From: Woeseiaceae bacterium
GTDB lineage: Bacteria > Pseudomonadota > Gammaproteobacteria > Steroidobacterales > Woeseiaceae
DNA: 64,000 nucleotides
NCBI GenBank assembly: GCA_013001045.1
Contig: JABDNG010000068.1
Coordinates: 7,789 to 71,788 of the forward strand
Reading direction: 5' to 3'
Under the pieces are notes generated by a model. That model was not told the origin of the DNA and ran no database searches. It saw only the letters and a list, made by a program, of their open reading frames with translations. The position numbers and the translations under genes are program-made. Each line of letters begins with the position of its first letter. Position 1 is the first letter of the stretch. Below, one piece after another: positions 58,373 through 64,000 of this stretch.

Positions 58373-58894
58373 TTGTCTGCAGAGGATTTGAAATTGCGGA
58401 TTCTTTTCAACAATCTCTTAGCGCTTTGTGTACTTGTCTGCCTCGCGGCCTGCGACCGGGACGACCGCAGGCAAGGCGACATCTACTTGCCGGAGGGTGA
58501 TGCGGCCAGGGGCGAGGTACATTTCGTGTCCCTCGGCTGCGTGAGTTGCCACAAAGTTGCTGGCGCGGAGCTGCCCGAACCTGCCGAAGCAGGTCCCGTA
58601 CTGGTCCTGCTCGGCAGCCGTACTGGCCCAAAGCCAGGGATGTCGTACGGCCGGCTAGTCACGTCAATCGTCAATCCGTCGCACAGGCTGTCGGCCCGCT
58701 ATAGCAGGGACAAGGTCTCCCAGGAGGGGGAATCCCTGATGACCTTCTATAATGACGTGTTGACGGTTACGCAGCTGACGGATCTTGTCGCGTTCCTGCA
58801 GGCGCATTACAAGAAGGCCGATCGTTCCGGTTACAAGTACCCCAGTTACACCTACCAAACCGATGACGATTCCGAAAATGCGGATCCGCCTTAG
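58373..58894 (+). CDS. c-type cytochrome, lipoprotein-anchored
   Basis: Lipobox LAAC, heme motif CVSCH, and a distal Met region. There is no ATG at the 5' end, so the start (TTG 58373 or a downstream TTG) is uncertain. Confidence 0.65.
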   Translation: MSAEDLKLRILFNNLLALCVLVCLAACDRDDRRQGDIYLPEGDAARGEVHFVSLGCVSCHKVAGAELPEPAEAGPVLVLLGSRTGPKPGMSYGRLVTSIVNPSHRLSARYSRDKVSQEGESLMTFYNDVLTVTQLTDLVAFLQAHYKKADRSGYKYPSYTYQTDDDSENADPP

Positions 58895-58949
58895 CAAAAT
58901 TGCGTGATTGGCAATTTCTCTGTCGAGGTCGCACTAATCCTGAGGAATC

Positions 58950-59005
58950 GCTGGCGGATCCTAATAGAGTCGAACCTCCGCTACTGATCCAAAGCAGACG
59001 CATGG
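58950..59005 (+). repeat. Dispersed intergenic repeat, copy G (core GCTACTGATCCAAAGCAGAC at 58980-58999)
   Basis: 19 of 20 core positions are identical to copy H at 63738-63757. Confidence 0.7.
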
Positions 59006-59430
59006 AAAGCGGAGCCTTCCTGGGCCGCTAACAATCCAAGCTAACCAGCGGTTCCGTTCAACTGGCGATTTAATAGCGGCAACATCTTCGAGCGTGACTT
59101 GTGGGCAATAGTCTGCCTGAGTAAAACTCGCTTGAATCTCATGGTTGCCGCCACCTTCGACCTCGAACGGCACAGTAGTCATGCGTGATGTATATCCGTA
59201 CCGCTCAATTGCTGCGGACGGGGCCGCGACCTTACTCGATCTGTGCTTCACAGCGGATACCACACTCTTGGCAAGCCACGGTTTTCATCCGGGAACCGGT
59301 TTTTATTGGTAATAGGGTGCAGCGGTGCCGGCAATGAAATCGAGGGTCTGACTCACTTCCGGCTGGCTGCCTGATTTGGTAGGTTACAAAGCCACTTTGC
59401 ACGACGGTAGCCGCCACAGAAACTTTCTGC

Positions 59431-61620
59431 ATGAGCTTCGAGAATTCCTACGATCAGACGCATTGGGCCCCGGTAAAGCGGCGTGGCCCGCTGCCGACGT
59501 TCTATTACCACGAGCATTTCATGGAAATGCTCGAATTCGTCTCGAAACACTATTCGCATGTACTGCCGAAGCAGCATGCCGACCTGATCTGTCAGTTTCG
59601 AGCCTTGCCACGTCCCGCGCAGTGCCTCTATGTGCGCCTCGTCAATCGCAAAGGCAGGATCTTCGCCGCAAACAAGTTGCGATACCCGGAGCTCGGCGAT
59701 ACGCGATCCGTAGTGCGCAATCTGACTAACGAGGGCTGGGCGGGTGCTCCCCAGGAGCAGCACTATCTGCACGTGTTAAGCCACCTGACCAAGTCAGAAA
59801 TCAGTCGCGTTTTACTACCCATGTACACCGGCATGAGCCGGTCGCTCAAGAAGGACGAGCTGGTCAGATTTGCGAGGGAGCACTGCTCTGCGAGCGAGTT
59901 CATGGCAAGGCTGAATACCGATCGTCTGCTGGTTCAGCGTCGTGTCGACGAAATTCGCTATGTGTTATTCCTGTATTTCGGTCGGGTACAGGATGGGCTT
60001 TCTCAGTTCACAATGCGCGATCTGGGTCTGGTGCGTACCCAGGACTTCGGTGAAAACTACGAGCCGCGTTATTCAGACCGGGTCGAAGCGCAACAAAACT
60101 ACTTTTATTTGCTGCAGCTGCATCGATTGAATTCGGCTGACGCAGCGGGCCTGGCGAGGCTGGCCGACGACACCTCGAACTGGCCCGAACCGGACTTTGC
60201 GAGCAGCGCAAGCGCCAGGGACAAGCTTGCATATGCACTGGGTCGTAAGCTGGAGCGTTCTGGTGATTTGCCCGCTGCGCGGCCGGTATACGCGCTTGGC
60301 GAGTGTGCCAGATGCTCAGAACGCCTTGTTCGAGTCTTGTTGGCGCTTGATGAGCGCGGCGACGCGGAACAGCTCCTCCTGCGTTGCATTGAGAATCCGC
60401 GCAGTGAGGACGAGGCCATCATGGCCGAGGACTTGTATGCCCGAAAATTTCAGAAGAAACGCACGTCGACGCGCACAGACGAATTGCGGGCATCGGAGAC
60501 TATCGATATTGATGAGGCCAACAGCGGTTCGCCCGAGCGTGCGGCTATTGACTACTTCACGCGGCAGGGACTTACGGCTTATCGCACCGAGAATCTGTTT
60601 TGGCGAACCTATTTTGGTCTTCTGTTCTGGGATGATTTGTTTGCTGATGACAATGCGACACTGCATTCACCATTTGACTTTCTGCCATCGTCACTGGCCG
60701 ATGGCACCTTCTACACTCACAACGCGGAGCGGGTCGAGAGTCGTCTGGCCATCCTCGACGAGCCGCGGCTGTTGAAGAGGGAACTGCTCAGGGCAAGCAC
60801 CGCCAACTATGGCAAGGCCAATGGCGTGTTTCGCTGGCGCCGATCGATACTGGATGCGCTGTTCGCGTTTATTGACCATGCGGCGCAAGAGCCAAGCCGG
60901 CGCATGCTGCGTCGACTGAGCCAGGCGTATAAAGACGCGCGCTACGGCTATCCCGACCTGTTGGTCCTTGATAAGGATGGCGCGCGCTTCGTAGAGATAA
61001 AGGCTGAGGGCGACCAGCTGCGGCAAAACCAGTTGCTGCGTCAGCAACAGCTTCGCGATGCCGGGTTCCGTGCTGACGTGGTCCGTATACGTTGGATTCT
61101 TGATCCAAACCAGGCGTACGTAGTTGTTGACGTAGAGACAACCGGGGGGCGCGGCGACCAGCATCGTGTCACGGAAATTGGTGCTGTAAAGGTGATCAAC
61201 GGCGAGGTCGTCGACCGTTTCCAGACTTTATTGAATCCGCAGCGAGTAATACCCAGCGGCATTACGCGCCTGACCGGCATTTCGGCAGAGATGGTTGCCG
61301 ACGCGCCGCTGTTCTCGGATATGGCCGATGATTTCGCGGCCTTGATGCAGGACGCTATCTTCGTCGCCCACAACGTAGACTTCGACTATGGCTTTATCGC
61401 GCGTGAGTTCAAGCGGCTCGGCAGGCCTTTTCGCCACCCAAAGCTTTGCACCTGTTCATCGATGCGCAAGCTATACCCCGGACACAAGTCCTATAGCCTC
61501 GCAGCGCTATGCGAAAACTATGGAATAGCGCTGCGGCAGCACCACCGTGCGCTCTGCGATGCCGAGGCAGCCGCAGAGCTATTGTTATTGATCAACGAAA
61601 AACGCGCAGCGCCATGCTGA
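59431..61620 (+). CDS. FAN1-like structure-specific nuclease (SAP/TPR-like N-terminus + VRR-NUC) fused to a C-terminal DnaQ/DEDDh 3'-5' exonuclease domain
   Basis: The N-terminal FYYHEHF..ML.FV...Y..VL......I..F..L....Q.LYVRLVNRKG parallels the FAN1 'LYVRLFQRK' region. VRR-NUC motif GYPDLLVLDKDGARFVEIKAEGDQLRQNQ (nt about 60940-61100). From nt 61114 the exonuclease motifs are VVVDVETTG, FVAHNVDFD and HHRALCDAEA. Confidence 0.75.
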   Translation: MSFENSYDQTHWAPVKRRGPLPTFYYHEHFMEMLEFVSKHYSHVLPKQHADLICQFRALPRPAQCLYVRLVNRKGRIFAANKLRYPELGDTRSVVRNLTNEGWAGAPQEQHYLHVLSHLTKSEISRVLLPMYTGMSRSLKKDELVRFAREHCSASEFMARLNTDRLLVQRRVDEIRYVLFLYFGRVQDGLSQFTMRDLGLVRTQDFGENYEPRYSDRVEAQQNYFYLLQLHRLNSADAAGLARLADDTSNWPEPDFASSASARDKLAYALGRKLERSGDLPAARPVYALGECARCSERLVRVLLALDERGDAEQLLLRCIENPRSEDEAIMAEDLYARKFQKKRTSTRTDELRASETIDIDEANSGSPERAAIDYFTRQGLTAYRTENLFWRTYFGLLFWDDLFADDNATLHSPFDFLPSSLADGTFYTHNAERVESRLAILDEPRLLKRELLRASTANYGKANGVFRWRRSILDALFAFIDHAAQEPSRRMLRRLSQAYKDARYGYPDLLVLDKDGARFVEIKAEGDQLRQNQLLRQQQLRDAGFRADVVRIRWILDPNQAYVVVDVETTGGRGDQHRVTEIGAVKVINGEVVDRFQTLLNPQRVIPSGITRLTGISAEMVADAPLFSDMADDFAALMQDAIFVAHNVDFDYGFIAREFKRLGRPFRHPKLCTCSSMRKLYPGHKSYSLAALCENYGIALRQHHRALCDAEAAAELLLLINEKRAAPC

Positions 61621-61623
61621 TTT

Positions 61624-62064
61624 CTAGCCGGGCTTGGGCGCGTATACCGTGCACCAACCCGTTCCCTTAACCGCTTTGCCAGGAAAGATCGAACATCCAG
61701 CCCACTCGTCGCTCGCCTTGCCCAGGTAAAGCGCGCAGTTTGAACAGGCCTGGCCGGCTTTGAAAAGCGGCTGCTTGGCGCCGTCGATACTGGCTGCATC
61801 GTGAACGTAGTTTAGTGATTTTGCCAGCGCATTGTCCTCACTGATCTGCGGCATACCGCTGGGCTTGGTGGGCGCAGCTTCTTCCGTCACCTTCGGCGCG
61901 TCCATCGCAGGCTTAGCATCAGTTTTGGGTGCAGCAGCAGCGGGTGCCTTGTCCTCGCCGCCAGAGCATGCGCTCAGACCCATGATGGGCATCAAAACAG
62001 CGCCACCACCGACAAGCTTCAGGAAACGACGACGTTGTTCTGTAATTTTGCGATCTTTCGACAT
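61624..62064 (-). CDS. HiPIP with Tat signal, lipobox and a long Ala/Pro/Lys-rich tether
   Basis: I prefer the ATG at 62064 (MSKDRKITEQRRRFLK). Has a GLSAC lipobox and a low-complexity linker of about 45 aa. The HiPIP core is CSNC...WAGC...GWCTVY. Confidence 0.75.
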   Translation of the reverse strand: MSKDRKITEQRRRFLKLVGGGAVLMPIMGLSACSGGEDKAPAAAAPKTDAKPAMDAPKVTEEAAPTKPSGMPQISEDNALAKSLNYVHDAASIDGAKQPLFKAGQACSNCALYLGKASDEWAGCSIFPGKAVKGTGWCTVYAPKPG

Positions 62065-62441
62065 TTCTTTCTCCCGGTTTGCGCAGCCTGCGCGAAAAGC
62101 AGGCTGAAAGTGAATTTTGGGAAAGAGCTGTATGAATTGCAAGGTCTCAACTCTACTTGGCGCGGTAACGGACTCCTGCTCTTCCTCTCACTGAAAAAAT
62201 ACGCTTCGTCAGTGTAGAGCATCGCGATGCTGTCAAGGTGAGGAGGAGTCCATTCCATTGCTTGCGGCCGTAAGCCTTCGGACTTCTTAGCTTTTTTCGT
62301 AATGCCAATTAGGCCATGTAACATGGCATTATGGTATTGATTCCAACAAAGACTTGGGTGCGAATGTGACCTGGAAGGCATTATTCATACCTGATTTTTA
62401 GGCTCTCTAATAGTAGTTGGACCTTATTGAAGGAATTTGAG

Positions 62442-63005
62442 ATGTCTACGCGATTGTTTTCGTTCATCGGTGGCGACACAGGCCAATGGCGTGTCGCTAA
62501 AATCGAAGCAATAGTCGGGGAATCGCTGTCTGATGCTAGAAAGCTGGATATAGCTCCTGGTGCCGGAAGCTCATCCGATCCACGGGCGGCTTGGGTGCTG
62601 CGCGGAATAACCAGCAATGAACGCTATGTTGTTCGCGAGGAAAGGAACCAAATCGTGGCCAAACTGCTGGATCTAGGGCGGCCCGAAGCGACCTGCGCTG
62701 CGCTGATTTCAATACGAAAGAATGACGCTTGGTGGACGCTCACTCAGGACGAACGCCTGAATATTTTTCGAGAGCAGTCTAACCACACAAAAATCGGGCT
62801 TCAGTATTATCCTGAGTTAGCACGAAGACTTCATCACTGTCGAGATCTCTCGGAAAGTGAGCCATTCGATTTCCTTACCTGGTTCGAATATGAGCCCGCC
62901 GAAGAAGGGAGATTCAACAAACTGCTCGCCGCGTTGCGTGCAATCAAAGAGTGGAAATATGTTGAGCGAGAAGTTGACATTCGCCTTGTGCGCGAGGAAG
63001 TCTAA
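62442..63005 (+). CDS. Short (clade-2-type) chlorite dismutase-family heme protein
   Basis: The segment IPIRK-like ISIRKNDAWW.LTQDER, then NHTKIGLQY, then LARRLHHCRDL.....FDFLTWFEY, then EW.YVEREVDIRL closely parallels what I recall of Nitrobacter-type short Cld. The ATG at 62442 has AAGGA 6 nt upstream. There is no signal peptide. Confidence 0.7.
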   Translation: MSTRLFSFIGGDTGQWRVAKIEAIVGESLSDARKLDIAPGAGSSSDPRAAWVLRGITSNERYVVREERNQIVAKLLDLGRPEATCAALISIRKNDAWWTLTQDERLNIFREQSNHTKIGLQYYPELARRLHHCRDLSESEPFDFLTWFEYEPAEEGRFNKLLAALRAIKEWKYVEREVDIRLVREEV

Positions 63006-63184
63006 CCACTCTCTGCAACGGACGACCATTGGCGTCCGCTATGCGCTTAACAGCCGCCGTTCGCGGCGCCAAGAATAGCGCCAGGGCGCTGTAGCCCAGA
63101 ATCGTCCAAGCAAGACCATTTTTTTCTTGCTCGCGCGAAGTTCGGCCTGTAAAACTATCGTACCGGCGGGCCTGCCGCCTGAAC

Positions 63185-63568
63185 ATGACGAAAGGAATGC
63201 TCATGAAAAAAGCAATAAACGAACTACCGACTCGTCTCGACGCTGGCGGTGTCTGCTTTCAAGGCCAGGACTGGGGCAATATTAACGTCGCGCGTGTCCG
63301 GTTCCCTGCAGGGGCAGACGCTACTCCACTGCTCGAGGGAATGCCGGACAATCTCTGCCAGTGCCCGCACTGGGGAACCGTGGTCAAAGGCTCCATCCAT
63401 GTGACCTATGCGGACGGCACTGAAGAGACGGTAAGCGCCGGCGAGGTTTATTATTGGCCGCCAGGGCACACGGTCAGGGTTGACGAGGACTACGAGGCAA
63501 TCGAGTTCAGTCCGAGCGACCAGATGAGTGAGCTTATGGATCACCTTGAATCCAAGCTGAAAGGCTGA
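63185..63568 (+). CDS. Cupin-domain protein
   Basis: About 125 aa. The beta-rich H.G.V..G...V.Y.DG.E......GE.YY.PPGH pattern indicates a cupin fold. The start could be ATG 63185, 63197 or 63203. Confidence 0.55.
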   Translation: MTKGMLMKKAINELPTRLDAGGVCFQGQDWGNINVARVRFPAGADATPLLEGMPDNLCQCPHWGTVVKGSIHVTYADGTEETVSAGEVYYWPPGHTVRVDEDYEAIEFSPSDQMSELMDHLESKLKG

Positions 63569-63703
63569 GCGGGCCCAATACCAGCAAGCATCACAAAATA
63601 TGCTTTTGCGGCCTGTCAAATGGCTGACGTTTTTGGCGTATTGAACGACCGCTTCCAGTGAGAGCGGTTGTTGGTACCTGGTCGACCGACATCCAATTTA
63701 GAA

Positions 63704-63765
63704 AGCGGCCGTCAGGTCAGAATGGCTGAAAGGGGTTGCTACTGACCCAAAGCAGACATCTCAGT
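63704..63765 (+). repeat. Dispersed intergenic repeat, copy H (core GCTACTGACCCAAAGCAGAC at 63738-63757)
   Basis: GCGGCCGTCAGGTCAGAATGGCTGAAAGGGGTTGCTACTGACCCAAAGCAGACATCT is colinear with copy A. Confidence 0.7.
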
Positions 63766-63919
63766 CGAAAAACTATTTTCTCGACAAGACGGCAAGCTAG
63801 GGACTAAGAATCGCCTAAACGGTTGCATCCAACCGTCCCGCCTGGTGCATATTGTTCGTATTACACGAATTGACGCGCCAGGATACTCCTTGGCACTGAC
63901 CACGTATTAGAGTGCAAGC

Positions 63920-64000
63920 ATGGCAAGCGATGACATCCGTTGGTTTACTGTTTTATGGCGGTTGGGGCTCTTTGTTCTGATTTTCGCAATTTTAAGCGGA
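63920..64000 (+). CDS. 5' fragment of an unidentified membrane protein, running off the window
   Basis: The ATG at 63920 opens MASDDIRWFTVLWRLGLFVLIFAILSG with no stop before nt 64000. Only 27 codons are visible. Confidence 0.3.
   Translation, partial: MASDDIRWFTVLWRLGLFVLIFAILSG

Noticed and set aside
58953-58990. tRNA-like 3' end on the minus strand (TGGCGGATCC...GAGTCGAACCTCC, resembling CCA + acceptor + T-arm)
   Set aside because: The putative T-stem (GGAGG / CTATT) does not pair, no D-arm or anticodon arm can be drawn, and the segment is part of the dispersed repeat family.
53903-59005. Canonical integron attC sites and intI
   Set aside because: The ORF/repeat alternation is integron-like. 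However, I could not find the RYYYAAC / GTTRRRY boundary boxes at the repeat ends; the nearest candidates, GTTAACT at about 54124 and GTTTACA at about 56643, do not fit. No tyrosine recombinase is present in the window. I keep the cassette-like organisation as a finding but do not call it an integron.
63006-63184. Additional repeat copy between the Cld-like and cupin genes (GGACGACCATTGGCGTCCGCTATGCGCTTAACAGCCGCC), and an inverted copy at about 62262-62290 (GGCCGTAAGCCTTCGGACTTCTTAGC)
   Set aside because: Similarity to the core is only about half of positions by eye, which is too weak to call without a computed alignment.
1-64000. CRISPR arrays, rRNA/tRNA genes, prophage or transposase genes
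   Set aside because: I found no regularly spaced direct repeats with unique spacers, no rRNA- or tRNA-like sequence, and no integrase, transposase or capsid-type ORFs on either strand.

Overview
The window looks like a high-GC gammaproteobacterial-type chromosome segment. Taxon is judged from gene content and style, not from any search.

Nt 1-51200 is tightly packed core metabolism:
- a urate/allantoin catabolic cluster (xdhC-puuD-puuE-uraD-alc-allA-guaD)
- a purine-salvage knot: two divergent phosphoribosyltransferase (PRTase) paralogs, glycerate kinase and a LOG-family nucleosidase
- an orphan AlbA_2/Schlafen-like gene
- a 7TM-PAS-GGDEF diguanylate cyclase
- a possible transporter-cytochrome b561-thiolase-nitroreductase operon
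- a complete five-step histidine utilisation locus (hutI | hutF-hutC-hutU-hutH-hutG) with a candidate HutC operator
- a dipeptidyl-peptidase IV
- an NAD-dependent formate dehydrogenase operon (fdhD-fdsGBA) that runs on without a break into an NhaC-family transporter and a DUF2855 gene
- a high-potential iron-sulfur protein (HiPIP), an AspC/TyrB aminotransferase, and a MoxR-DUF58-DUF4381-BatA-BatB-BatD (Bat-type) operon

From about nt 51200 the organisation changes. Composition becomes mosaic and often lower in GC, spacers are long, and the genes are small and unrelated. A degenerate repeat of about 20-70 nt (core GCTACTGAYCCAAAGCAGAC) alternates one-to-one with six consecutive same-strand ORFs. 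This segment also carries a FAN1-like VRR-NUC nuclease fused to a DnaQ-type exonuclease, a predicted lipid-anchored second HiPIP, and a short chlorite-dismutase-like gene.

I found no rRNA, tRNA, CRISPR array, integrase or transposase. I cannot point to an unambiguous new multi-gene system. The best leads are the repeat-punctuated cassette-like array, the FAN1-exonuclease fusion, the AlbA_2 orphan, and the fds-nhaC-DUF2855 linkage. All functional calls come from motif and family recognition by eye; no searches were run.
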